A DNA stretch of 64,000 nt from NCBI GenBank assembly GCA_963842085.1, contig CAWJET010000001.1:1568001-1632000 (forward strand), in the 5' to 3' direction. Below, in pieces: positions 48,841 to 59,223 of the stretch (the first letter of the stretch is position 1; every line of letters begins with the position of its first letter). A model generated the notes under the pieces. That model saw nothing but the letters and a program-made list of their open reading frames with translations. It was not told the DNA's origin and made no database searches. The position numbers were made by a program, and so were the translations under genes. The DNA comes from an uncultured delta proteobacterium (GTDB taxonomy: Bacteria; Desulfobacterota; Binatia; Binatales; Binataceae).

Positions 48841-51243
48841 CTAAGCTTCGGCCGCGTGATAGTCCGAGTAGTAGTAGTGATAGTGGTAGCTCTTGGGGTG
48901 CATTCGATTGAGGACGAAACCGAACATTTTCGCGTGCGCGTACTCCAAACGCGTGCGCGCTGCCTTGATCAGTTTTTTCGGCGTTCGCGAACTATCGACG
49001 ACCAGAATTACGCCGTCAACCATAGTCGACAATATCATCGCATCACTGACCGGAATCAGCGGGGGCGAGTCCAGAACGAGAAAATCAAACTGGCTCGAGA
49101 GCTGACGCAGCAATTCTCCCATGCGCGGTGAACCAATCAGCTCGGTCGAATTCGGCGGCACGTGAACGCCTTTGGGCAGTACCGACAAACCTTTGACCCG
49201 CGACGGTCGAGCGAGGCCGTCGACGCGAAGCTGCTCAGAGTCGAGCAGTGCCTCGGTCAGGCCAGGAGAGGGTTTCGTATCGAGCATTCGATGGCATTGG
49301 CCGCGGCGGAGGTCGGCGTCGATCAGCAGAACGTCCGCCCCCTGGTAGGCCAGCATTATTGAGATGTTTATCGCGGTAACGGTCTTGCCTTCTCCGCGAA
49401 TCGAGCTTGTGACGAGGGTGACCTTCGGCTGGCTCACGGCCTTCGAGAGCATCAGACCCGTCCGCAAGGAGCGATAAGCATCGGCCGCGATCGATTCCGG
49501 TCCGGTACCGTTTCTGATCTCATCTCGCCCGCGACTACTGCGGGCGCTCGCAATTCGCAATTCCGCGCGCTCTTCGGTTTCGAGCTCCTTGTAGTCGCCT
49601 GCAAACTCTGGGACAACCGCGAGATTGGGGAGACGCAGGAAACGCTCGATTTCATCAGGGTCGTTCAAGGTATTGCTGAGGTACTCACAAGCCAGCGCCA
49701 ACCCAATTCCGAGCAGCAGCCCGAGCAAGCCGCCGGTCAAGAGATTTCTCATCTTCTTGGGGGTCGATGGAACGTTGGGAGCCTCGGCGCGATCGACGAT
49801 CGAGACATTGGACGCTTCCGACTCTGCTTCCAGACCAACATCCTTCATTCTTTGCAGCACGCTGCTCGTCAGTTCGCGGTTGGTATCGACCTCTCGCTGC
49901 AACATGGCGTATTTGACGGCGGCGTCGTTGAGGCCGAGCGCCTCCTGTTTTTGATGATCGAGTCCGCTACGAAGCGCGCTCTCCTTACCGACGGCGATAT
50001 CATAGCTTTCGCGCACGCTCTCGGTAGTCTCCTCAATCTCGCGCTTGAGGTTTTCCTTGGTCTGGTTTGCTTTTGCCTCGAGCTGAATCAGAGGCTGATA
50101 GGTGGAGCGGAACTGACTCGACAAGCTGGCGATTTCTACATACTCACTGTCAAGCGTGCTACGCAGGGCCTGAATGGAAGGGTTGTTCGCAACCGAAGGG
50201 AGCGCATCGTACTTCCCCTTGTTTATCAGCTGCATCTGAGATTCGAGAGTAATGCGCTCCATCTCGGCGTCGGTCATCTCCTTGCTCAGGTCTCGCAACC
50301 GGTCGAGAACCACCGCCTCTTTGCCGTCGAGAGACATCAGGCCAGGAATGATATCGTGCTCACGGCGGTAGTCGTTTAGCTGGGTTTCGGATTTCTCGAG
50401 CTGAAGCTTGAGGTCTTGTAGTTTGGTCTGCAGAAACCGCACCACTTCCTGATTGGCTTGGTCATGCAGGTCGATACTGAGCTGGGCGTAGCCTTCGGCG
50501 TGCGCATTGGCCAGCTTTTTGGACAGCTCAGGATCTGGGGTCGTGAATTGCATCTGCATCAGAGTGGTGCCATCTTCCACAGACACCGACAACATCGACA
50601 GGTAGCGGTTTATCAGACCGGGGCTTACTCCAGTGTCAGCCCGAGATTCGCCTTCTTGTCGGGGCGTGGATGGACTGGAAATCGCCGACCTAGAGAGCGA
50701 GGCCATACTACCTAGCCTTTCGATCTCGTAAATCAAAGCGCTGATTCCCGTATAACGCTCTAACCCGTCGACCGCGCGTGACAAGGGAGGGGCCGTTTCG
50801 GCGGCGCCGGTAAACGCCGGGTCATTAGCTAAGTTCAAGTTCTCGATTACGCGGGCCGCGAGGCTTCTACTCGTAACGATGCGTGCCTGGGTTCGATAGT
50901 AGTTTTCGGAGTAACCTTCGTCCTGCGCTACTCCTCCTGCTAGCGCTTGCTGTCCTAGGATCTCGGGAATCTTGGGTTTTACGAGGACCAGGCTCTGCGC
51001 GGTGTACAGAGGTACGGTGGTGAAAGTGATGTAGAACGCGGCGACGACTGCGCAGACAAAGACAGTCGCGATCAACCGCAGGTGCTTTCGGACCAGGAAC
51101 CAGTACTTCCAAACGTCGAAGCCAGCGTGTTCGTCCTCAACCAACCAGGTGCTGCTCAGCTGATGCGCATAGTTCGGATCGAGATGCTGAACGTGGTGGG
51201 GATCGAGAGCCTGTGTCGAGCGCGGCTGTAGCATTTGGTTCAT
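48841..51243 (-). CDS. wzc: Polysaccharide co-polymerase / tyrosine autokinase (GumC/Wzc)
   Basis: Two TMs flanking a coiled coil. Walker A SSIRGEGKT, IDADLRR, LDSPP and a C-terminal Tyr cluster SYHYHYYYSDY. Confidence 0.93.
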   Translation of the reverse strand: MNQMLQPRSTQALDPHHVQHLDPNYAHQLSSTWLVEDEHAGFDVWKYWFLVRKHLRLIATVFVCAVVAAFYITFTTVPLYTAQSLVLVKPKIPEILGQQALAGGVAQDEGYSENYYRTQARIVTSRSLAARVIENLNLANDPAFTGAAETAPPLSRAVDGLERYTGISALIYEIERLGSMASLSRSAISSPSTPRQEGESRADTGVSPGLINRYLSMLSVSVEDGTTLMQMQFTTPDPELSKKLANAHAEGYAQLSIDLHDQANQEVVRFLQTKLQDLKLQLEKSETQLNDYRREHDIIPGLMSLDGKEAVVLDRLRDLSKEMTDAEMERITLESQMQLINKGKYDALPSVANNPSIQALRSTLDSEYVEIASLSSQFRSTYQPLIQLEAKANQTKENLKREIEETTESVRESYDIAVGKESALRSGLDHQKQEALGLNDAAVKYAMLQREVDTNRELTSSVLQRMKDVGLEAESEASNVSIVDRAEAPNVPSTPKKMRNLLTGGLLGLLLGIGLALACEYLSNTLNDPDEIERFLRLPNLAVVPEFAGDYKELETEERAELRIASARSSRGRDEIRNGTGPESIAADAYRSLRTGLMLSKAVSQPKVTLVTSSIRGEGKTVTAINISIMLAYQGADVLLIDADLRRGQCHRMLDTKPSPGLTEALLDSEQLRVDGLARPSRVKGLSVLPKGVHVPPNSTELIGSPRMGELLRQLSSQFDFLVLDSPPLIPVSDAMILSTMVDGVILVVDSSRTPKKLIKAARTRLEYAHAKMFGFVLNRMHPKSYHYHYYYSDYHAAEA

Positions 51244-51285
51244 TTGTGTATTGCGACCTTAAACTTTGATTGCGATATGCGACCT

Positions 51286-52618
51286 TTAGAATGCTGGTAT
51301 CGCAAACCCGGCCCCAGCAAACTTCGAATTCATCAGGCTGTAGAAGATATAGGGCACGATTTTCGAGTCCGAGTAGGTAACCTCAATCACATCGTTCCCC
51401 TGCACGGGAATATTCGGCTGTTCGCCCTTACGTACCTTTTCGAGATCGAAAAGGATCGATTCGGTTTGTCCATCGGTGGCGGTGCGCCGTAGCCGAATGT
51501 CATGTTCATCAGCGGCGAAAACCGGTCCACCCGCTGCGCCGATTGCGGCCAGCACGTTCAGACCGGCGGTGACTTGGAATGCACCGGGATTGTAGACCCA
51601 GCCGACAACGGAAACTTGACCGCCGGCTGGGACGTACACCACATCACCTGGGCGCAGCGGCATGTTCAGAAATCGACTTGCGTCACTCGCTGAGTTCCGG
51701 CGCAGCGGAATCATCAACGGCGAACCATTGGACCCGGTGAATGAAACCGGCAGGACGCCCTGCGCAACGGCTGGTTCGATCGGCGGCATGACCTCCAGTC
51801 GGTTATCTAGGCCCTGCGCCCGGATCGGCTGCATCTCGCGTCGCTCGTCATACGCTGTCTCGGTGGAGCTCGCCATAAGGCCGCGGCGATTTTCGAATTG
51901 CTGAGTTGCGAGCAGCGCTTGAGGCGAAGCGGGGATGAGAACGACCCGGTCTGCCGCGTTCTCGGCAGGTCCGCCGGCGAGGCTGATTCCATCCAAGACG
52001 GTTTCGGTCGGACCCGTAAGGGTGAATACCCCCGGACGCTTAACCGCCCCGAGCACCGAAATCTGACGGCTTTGGTATTCTTTGACAAACACTTGGAACT
52101 GAGGCTGGTACATGATCTCGAGCAAGCGTGATTTTATTGCCTGAGTGAGCTCCGCCTCGGTCAATCCGGTCGCGTGAATCTGACCAATAATCGGTAGATT
52201 GATGTCGCCGGAGGCCGAAACCCTGACCGTCGAGTCGCTCAGCTCCGCGATGGCGGGGACCAACACCACAATTTCGTCTCCGGGTCCAATCGGAAAGTCC
52301 GAAAAGGCCTTTGCGTGCACGCGCGTGTTCCAGAGCTCGGTGAGTTGCGTGCGATCATCTGAAGTGCCGAAGTTGCTAAAACCGGTGGCTTTAGGAGCAC
52401 CCGCGACGCTGGCCGGTTCGGGGGTCCGATCGGGTACGCTGCTAGAGGTTGCACAGCCAAAGAGCGCAACCGCGAGGAGGGCGCACGACAGTTGAAGTGA
52501 GAGTCGTGGCGCGCCGGAGTCGCCGCCCGGCCGGCCAATTCGCGGCGCGGGCTCAGGTGTCAGGCCGCGACTCGATGGCGCGCCAAGTCGAAGCACCCCT
52601 GAAAACTCGGAGATCATT
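51286..52618 (-). CDS. wza: Polysaccharide export lipoprotein (Wza/SLBB domains)
   Basis: Lipobox LFGC, IGPGDEI, VSASGDINLPIIGQI, ISVLGAVKRPG, LRPGDVVYVP. Start uncertain. Confidence 0.88.
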
Positions 52619-52689
52619 GCCGTCCTCTCGTCTTGAGCTAGACATCGCAACTTCGATCAATTTCAAGCATTGCCGCGCGATATAGTGGC

Positions 52690-52718
52690 ACGATAACACC
52701 TGAGCTTACTTAAGGCAA
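52690..52718 (-). promoter_or_regulatory. Putative sigma70 promoter of the wza operon
   Basis: TTGCCT-N17-TATCGT with TG extension, in an AT-rich stretch. Confidence 0.4.
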
Positions 52719-52959
52719 CTCTTCTATTATCACATTTACCCCCTACTCTTTTTCTATCTGAGTGCGTTGGACGAGCCACGTCTTCGGGGGTGAGAGGCGT
52801 CGCCCCTAGCTTCCCCGCAGGTACCCGGCTGCATTTGCAAATCTGAGGAATGTCTAAAGTCTCTGCGACGCGAGTAGACCGCAACTCGACGGACTTGGCC
52901 GCGGTCGATTGCGGGGTGCGCCGTTATGTTGGAGAGAAGATTTGACCTGGGGGGCATGG

Positions 52960-54060
52960 TTGATGATGCGACTTCCTTTAGTCGCTCGATTGGTCGGAGC
53001 GCTGAGCCTGGCGCAGATCGTTCTCCCAGTGGAGGGGTGGAGGTGCGGAGCGCCTCGCGAGTGCTCAACGTCGAACCAGCGCCGACTCACGCTAAGTAAT
53101 TGACGGGCGTACCGATGACTACCGGGCTCTGGGCCGCGGGCGCCAATCAGCAAGCGCTCTTTGTCGAGCCAGGAGCGGCGAGCACCAGGTCTGTCAGCAG
53201 AGCAAACTTGGTTACCCATTCCAGCGCCTACCTGTTCGGCCTGGTCGCTACCCCCCGCGTTCGAGTCTGGGGCCGCCCAACTTCGCCGGTCCCCCAATCT
53301 TCCGATCGGGAGCGCGGGCATAAGGGCATTACGACTGGTCCGCCGCTGGTGGATGCGGGTGCGACTTACAAAACAGACGCGAATAATGCAGTGACGATAA
53401 ACCTGCGGCAAACCAACACCGCCGAACTCAACGGGCAGGAAATTTACCGCCGTAGGCGCCTTCATGCTCGCGTTCGAGCGCGACCATCGTCGCTTCCGAC
53501 AGACGAGTCGGCGACCAATGGCGCCGCGTTACCAGGCAGAAAATGGCGCTGTCAACCAACGGCGGACGTTTGACCGGGCGGTTCCGGATCGAGGGTGTCG
53601 TCCATGAACTCCGCTACGGCGCCGGTCTGCAAATCTCAAGCACTAAGCTCGTTGACGTACGACGGAAGCAACATTGCGCTCTACTACGATGGCAACCGCC
53701 TCGCCTCGCAGGCCGGCGCGGGCACCACCACGCAGGACATCAGCGACGACGTTACCAATCTGCGTGATGAACCAGATCGAACCGGAACGCATGTTGGTGA
53801 TCGGATCTGACGCGGGTACGTTGCTCGATTCGATCCGGCTATCGGACAGCGTTCGATATCGGGGTAATGCGATGCGGGTGCCTGTTCGCGAATTCGCCAG
53901 CCATTCTCACATGATTGCGCTGGTCGATTTTGATGACAACACACCCGCGGGATTCGTCGTGGTGGAACAGGAAGTGAACACCAGACCGCCGCCAAAGCCT
54001 GGCTGAGTGATCTGCTCATCACCATCACAGTTATAGCAAAAACGGCATTTTTACCGTTCG
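52960..54060 (+). pseudogene. Heavily decayed secreted protein: pectate-lyase-3-like N-terminus plus LamG/ConA-like domain
   Basis: Fragments in different frames: signal-like MMRLPLVARLVGALSLAQIV, VLNV..DGRTDDYRAL, LTYDGSNIALYYDGNRLAS, LDSIRLSDSVRY..IALVDFDD. Confidence 0.6.
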
Positions 54061-54633
54061 GAGCTGGCACCAAGCACGTCTTTATTTCGATGAGGAGGAG
54101 CCTGCCCCAAGGCTTCGTGGGGTCAGTAGTTGAGGCGTCGAACGGTCACCCGCGGCCTTGTGCGGTCTGGAAATCTCTTTCGCGGCTGTCAGCGACGCCC
54201 CATCTTTGACGGGCACAATCGTTGACGTCCGCGGTTCGCGCAGCGGCCGTCCGTTGCGCGCTTGGCAGAAACAGTCAAATTCACCATACATTACGGATTG
54301 TGATTCCTTCGCTCGACACTCTATTTGAAATATCTTAACACTATTCTTCTTGACTTAACTTTACAGCAGATGTACTTCTCTCACTAAATATCTCTCTTTT
54401 AACGAGAAGTCTTGGTTAATTATGAGCAGAATGACGCTGTCGCATGTCTGGACCGGCCTCCCTGTTCCCGAGCGATTTAGTGCTGTCGTCCAGACGCGAG
54501 GACAACTCGTGCCCGCTGCGGGTGGCGATCATCGCACGATGGCCGTCTCGGACTTGGCGCCAACCTGCTGGTCGAGTCCAGCCCGCGACGGCGCGGCAAG
54601 CTTGTGCGGCCACGACCGACTGGGAGCGGCGCT

Positions 54634-55866
54634 ATGATGAATTCCCGCGCCCCTCGCGTTCTGCAGATCGGCAAATACTATCCGCCGCATCGCGGCGGCA
54701 TGGAGACTCACCTCGAACAGTTGGCTGGTGAGCTCAACAAGTCGGTCGACCTTGAAGTGCTGGTGTCGAATGAAAGCCGTAAGACCGCGGTGGAATGGGT
54801 CGATGGTGTCAAGGTCTCGAGGATTGGCAAGGCTTGGGAGCTCGCCTCAACGCCGATCTGTCCGCAGATGACTAAGGCGATACACCGTGCCCGGGCGGAC
54901 TTGGTTCACGTTCATCTTCCCAATCCGGCCGCGGTTGTGGCGCTGCTGGCAAGCGGCTATCGCGGGCCGACGGTTGTGACTTGGCACAGCGACGTCGTGC
55001 GCCAGCGCGTTCTGGCGGGACTGTTTCAGCCGCTCCTTAATGCTTTCATCCGGCGTTGCTCCGCTATCATCGTGTCTTCACCGAACTACCTTTTGAGCTC
55101 GCCCGTGTTGCGCGCCAACCGAAGAAAGTGTCGGGTGATTCCATTTGGCATCCCGCCCGAGCTGTTCCAGAGGGAGTGTACGTCCGCGGTTGCTGCAATT
55201 CGCAAGCGCTTCGGGTCTCGAATCATTCTGACGGTGGGACGCTGCGTATACTACAAAGGGCTCGAGTACTTGATCCGCTCGATGCTCAAGATCCCCGACG
55301 CGCAATTGCTGATAATCGGCGACGGACCCAGACGGCTTGCGCTCGAAGCTGAGACCCGCGCGTTCGGATTGTCTGATCGGGTCGCGTTCTTGGGCTCGGT
55401 CGCAGACCCGGTGCCATACTATCAGGCTTGCGATATTTTCGCGCTTGCCTCGATCGCCCGCAGCGAGGCTTTCGGGATTGTGCAACTTGAAGCGCTCGCG
55501 GCTGGAAAGCCCGTAGTCAACACGCTCTTGCCGTCCGGCGTACCGTTCGTCTCAGTGGATGGTGTGACCGGATTTTCAGTGACTCCCGGCGACTCCGACG
55601 CTCTCGCAAAAGCGCTGAGCCAACTACTTAATCAACCCGCCCTGCGCTCGAAGTTCGGTCAGGAGGGAATTCGGCGCGTCAACCGCCATTTCACACTGCA
55701 GAGAATGGTCGATCGAACTCTGCGGCTGTACGCCGAATTGGTCGATGGCGAAGCCGAAGCGCCGGTCGAGCAGCGCTGGTTTTTGCCCCCGGTTACGGTT
55801 GGCCGCAGTGGCATGGGAGCGACTGCAGCTCAATCACTACTTCGCATGAATGTTCGCGAACAATGA
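54634..55866 (+). CDS. Glycosyltransferase family 4
   Basis: IGKYYPPHRGGME, HVHLPNP, TWHSD, YYKGLEYL, RSEAFGIVQLEALAAGKPVV. Confidence 0.92.
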   Translation: MMNSRAPRVLQIGKYYPPHRGGMETHLEQLAGELNKSVDLEVLVSNESRKTAVEWVDGVKVSRIGKAWELASTPICPQMTKAIHRARADLVHVHLPNPAAVVALLASGYRGPTVVTWHSDVVRQRVLAGLFQPLLNAFIRRCSAIIVSSPNYLLSSPVLRANRRKCRVIPFGIPPELFQRECTSAVAAIRKRFGSRIILTVGRCVYYKGLEYLIRSMLKIPDAQLLIIGDGPRRLALEAETRAFGLSDRVAFLGSVADPVPYYQACDIFALASIARSEAFGIVQLEALAAGKPVVNTLLPSGVPFVSVDGVTGFSVTPGDSDALAKALSQLLNQPALRSKFGQEGIRRVNRHFTLQRMVDRTLRLYAELVDGEAEAPVEQRWFLPPVTVGRSGMGATAAQSLLRMNVREQ

Positions 55867-55950
55867 CATTTTCCAAGAAGAAGCGCTGATTAGAGGACTC
55901 TCATGGAGAGTCGCTGAGATTCATGCCGAGAAGAATGTGAGCTGCAAAAG

Positions 55951-57867
55951 ATGAACTCTACCATCGGCATACTACTGACTTACCTCCTGTCCGTTGCAGC
56001 ATGTCTGGTCATAACGCCGCTCGTGCGCCGATTCGCGCGCCGGTTCGGAGCGTTGGACATGCCAGACGGGCGGCGCATTCACGTAGTGCCCACGCCACGT
56101 TGGGGCGGTCTGGCAATCTATTTAGTCCTATTAATCGTGCTGGTTTGCGCGGGGCTTTGCCCGGGACTGGGCTGGAGCACGAGAGTAGCAGACCCGCGAA
56201 TCGTCGCGGTCGCCATCGGCGCGACCGTCTTGTTGATAGTGGGTCTCTTCGACGATGCTGTATCGCTGCGGCCGGCCGTCAAGTTGGGCGCCGAAGTCGT
56301 AGCCGCATGTTTGGTGGCGCTGAGTGGCTGGCAGATAAAAGCGATCCTAGGTTTCGATCTCGGTTCCTTGGCGCCCGTTGCGACCGTGATCTGGATCGTT
56401 GCTTTCGTCAACGGTTTTAATATGGTCGATGGCCTCGACGGTCTGGCCACCGGCTTGGCCACAATGATGTGCGCCACGCTGATCGTGCTTTCGCTACGCG
56501 CACACGATGTAGCGTCGGTGTTGATTTTGGTATGTCTTGCCGGCGCCCTGACCGGGTTCTTGCGCTACAACTTCAATCCCGCGAGCATATTTCTCGGCGA
56601 CTCGGGGAGCCTCTTTGTGGGTTTCCTCGTGTCCACTTTCTCGGTTAACTACAACGCCAAGGGCTCGGCCGCTATTACGATCTTGGTCCCGACTCTGGCG
56701 CTGGGCCTTCCCCTGGTAGAACTCTCGCTAACCATTTTCCGCAGACTCATGCGGTTGATTCGGGTCGTCAAGCGGGCAGCGGATCGGGACGAATACGCTT
56801 TTGAATTCGGCGGCAAGGCTGCGCTATTCACTGGCGACCGCGACCACATCCACCACCGACTGCTTGCGCTTGGTCTGGGCCAACGCAACGTGGCGCTTCT
56901 AATGTACGCGGTCTGCTTGCTGGTAAACGCGAGCGCAATAGCGATCATTTCGGAGCGTCATTTATCGGGCGCGCTGGTCCTCATCGCGGTTTGCGTACTC
57001 GGGATCCTTTGTGTTCGAACGCTCGGCTACGAGGAGTTGCAACCGCTGCGCAAGGGGCTATTCTTGCCGCTCTTCCCGTCACGTCTTCTCACTCGGCCGC
57101 GGTTGCAGTTCGCCTTCGAGTGGTGCCTGGCGGTACTCAGCCTCGTTGCGGCGAACTTGATCCACGGCTTTGGGGTGTCCTCCGTTTCACTCGAGCTGCT
57201 TAAGTTCTCCGCGCTGACTGCGCTGGCGGCCGCGGTCCAGGTGGGCGCGCTTGCCGGGGGGGGTCTCTACCAAAGTTCCTATGCTCTGGCGAGCGCCGAG
57301 GACGCGTTCGTCGCAGTGCGCTCGCTCGCTTGCGCAGCGCTCACTACCTGGTTGATTGCGCTGTCGTTCGGAGAGTCACTGTTCCCCACCCTGGAAGTAG
57401 TAATTTTGGACCTCTACGCTCTGGCGACGCTCGTGCTAGGCTGCCGGGTTTCCTTCCATTTGATGAAGTACGCGTTTTTGCGGGGCGCAGAAAAGAGTCG
57501 GCGTGTACTAATCTTTGGAACCGGAAGCGCCAGCGTCGCCGCCATGCGCGCAATTCAGGGATACGAGACTCTCCAAATGACCGTGATCGGGTTCGTTGAT
57601 GATGCTGGTTCGCGGCGCAGTCTGTACGGCTTGCCTGTACTTGGCACGGACGCGCTGTGCCGGGTGCCGCGAACTTTCGATGAGGTCATTTTGCCCGAGA
57701 CCAACATCGCCGACAAGTTGCTAAAGACTTTGGTCGCACGTTGCAAGCTCGCTCAGGTATCGCTCAAACGTCTCTCGATCAATTGCGTTCAAGTAGATGT
57801 TTCCGCTTACCAAGGCGACACGCATCGACCTGCTGGCGGGGCGAAGGCGCTTAGAGGCGCATTGTGA
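55951..57867 (+). CDS. WecA/TagO (MraY-like) undecaprenyl-phosphate sugar-1-phosphate transferase with a C-terminal membrane + Rossmann-like extension
   Basis: PTPRWGG, GLFDD, NMVDGLDGL, NFNPASIFLGDSGS, DRDHIHHRL. The C-terminus has RVLIFGTG..VIGFVDD..GLPVLG. Confidence 0.88.
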   Translation: MNSTIGILLTYLLSVAACLVITPLVRRFARRFGALDMPDGRRIHVVPTPRWGGLAIYLVLLIVLVCAGLCPGLGWSTRVADPRIVAVAIGATVLLIVGLFDDAVSLRPAVKLGAEVVAACLVALSGWQIKAILGFDLGSLAPVATVIWIVAFVNGFNMVDGLDGLATGLATMMCATLIVLSLRAHDVASVLILVCLAGALTGFLRYNFNPASIFLGDSGSLFVGFLVSTFSVNYNAKGSAAITILVPTLALGLPLVELSLTIFRRLMRLIRVVKRAADRDEYAFEFGGKAALFTGDRDHIHHRLLALGLGQRNVALLMYAVCLLVNASAIAIISERHLSGALVLIAVCVLGILCVRTLGYEELQPLRKGLFLPLFPSRLLTRPRLQFAFEWCLAVLSLVAANLIHGFGVSSVSLELLKFSALTALAAAVQVGALAGGGLYQSSYALASAEDAFVAVRSLACAALTTWLIALSFGESLFPTLEVVILDLYALATLVLGCRVSFHLMKYAFLRGAEKSRRVLIFGTGSASVAAMRAIQGYETLQMTVIGFVDDAGSRRSLYGLPVLGTDALCRVPRTFDEVILPETNIADKLLKTLVARCKLAQVSLKRLSINCVQVDVSAYQGDTHRPAGGAKALRGAL

Positions 57868-58093
57868 CTTTGGGTCCGGATTACGAGCTAAGTGGAATTT
57901 GACCACGCTCGGCTGAGCTCTGTAGACGAAAGAGTTGCCAAAGGAAAGAAAGCAAAATAAGAGCTATGAAGTGCGATCAAAGCAAATCGGGTTTGACCGG
58001 CGGGCTCACAGCAGGCGGGACGTCAAAAATGAATGCCTGTCCGATAACAGCGGCCTGGTGGGTGATCTGACGTTCGTGGATCGGTCTTGCGCC

Positions 58094-58249
58094 ATGGCAC
58101 ACCAGTCGCAGTCCGAAGCGCGAGCGGTTCGGCACAAATCGCGAGCCAAAGCCCCAATGCTAGAAAAACTGATGCTCGTCGCTCTGGCAATCGCGCTGGC
58201 GGTGGTGACGACGATCGTTGACTGGAGACAGCGTCGGAGGAGAAGCTGA
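58094..58249 (+). CDS. Possible small membrane protein (TM helix plus Arg cluster)
   Basis: ..KAPMLEKLMLVALAIALAVVTTIVDWRQRRRRS. Start uncertain (58094 or 58157). Confidence 0.4.
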   Translation: MAHQSQSEARAVRHKSRAKAPMLEKLMLVALAIALAVVTTIVDWRQRRRRS

Positions 58250-58423
58250 CGGCTGGTCAGGGACTTTTGCTGAACGAACAACAGCGTCGCGAACTTAGCG
58301 AACGGGGTCGTGAAGCTGCGGTCAGCCGATACTCGTGTCGTGCCGTCGCGCACGAACATCTCGATTTCTCTGAGCAGATCCTACAGCGACGGTCCGCAAA
58401 CAGCCATCGGGTGTAGGTGAGCG

Positions 58424-59203
58424 ATGCAATCTACTAATCCAATGGATCCGCGAGCGTTGAGTTCCAAGGGCCGCGCGGAATTGAGTGAGGGCAGAAGCGA
58501 CGAATCACTTTACGAATTGGTCGGGGATCTTCTGAAGCCCAGCGTATCGCCACACGCGGTTGTCGTTGACGTCGGCTGCGGGCGGGGAATGCTCTGGCCC
58601 CGAGTGGCCGCAATCCAACCGCGCTATATTGGTATGGATGTCGTTGCCTACCAAGATTTTCCCGCCGAGTGTGAATTTGTTGAAGCCGACCTCAACGCTC
58701 AGTGGCCGCTTAACTCCAACTACGCCGACGCCATGGTCTCGATTGAAACAATCGAGCATATGGAAAACCCGCGCGCTTTTGTGCGGGAAATTGCACGCGT
58801 TGCGAAACCGGGCGGGCTCGTCGTGATCTCGACGCCCAACCAGTTGAGCCTTCTGAGCAAATTGTGCCTGGTCCTAAAGAATGAGTTTGTTCAGTTCCAG
58901 GAACGCCCGGGACTTTATCCGGCGCATATCACGGCGCTGCTCGAAACTGATCTTCGCCGCATCGCCTTGGAGTGCGGATTGAGAGAGCCCCTTGCGAACT
59001 ACAGCGGGCACGGCAGGATTCCATTCACGGAAAGGTCTTACCCACGTTTTGTCAGCCGAATGTTTCCGCGGGCCTTTTCGGACAACATATTCTTGGTCGC
59101 TCGTAAACCTCCAGCGGATTATGGGATAGCATGCACGTTTACCAAGTCCTCCTCCGCGGCAGTTCGACCCCTAGCTGAGACGCTGAGCGACCCTGGCCGC
59201 TAG
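58424..59203 (+). CDS. Class I SAM-dependent methyltransferase
   Basis: VVDVGCGRG, ETIEHMENP, KPGGLVVISTPN. Confidence 0.9.
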   Translation: MQSTNPMDPRALSSKGRAELSEGRSDESLYELVGDLLKPSVSPHAVVVDVGCGRGMLWPRVAAIQPRYIGMDVVAYQDFPAECEFVEADLNAQWPLNSNYADAMVSIETIEHMENPRAFVREIARVAKPGGLVVISTPNQLSLLSKLCLVLKNEFVQFQERPGLYPAHITALLETDLRRIALECGLREPLANYSGHGRIPFTERSYPRFVSRMFPRAFSDNIFLVARKPPADYGIACTFTKSSSAAVRPLAETLSDPGR

Positions 59204-59223
59204 AATCTGTTGCTGCAACTCTC

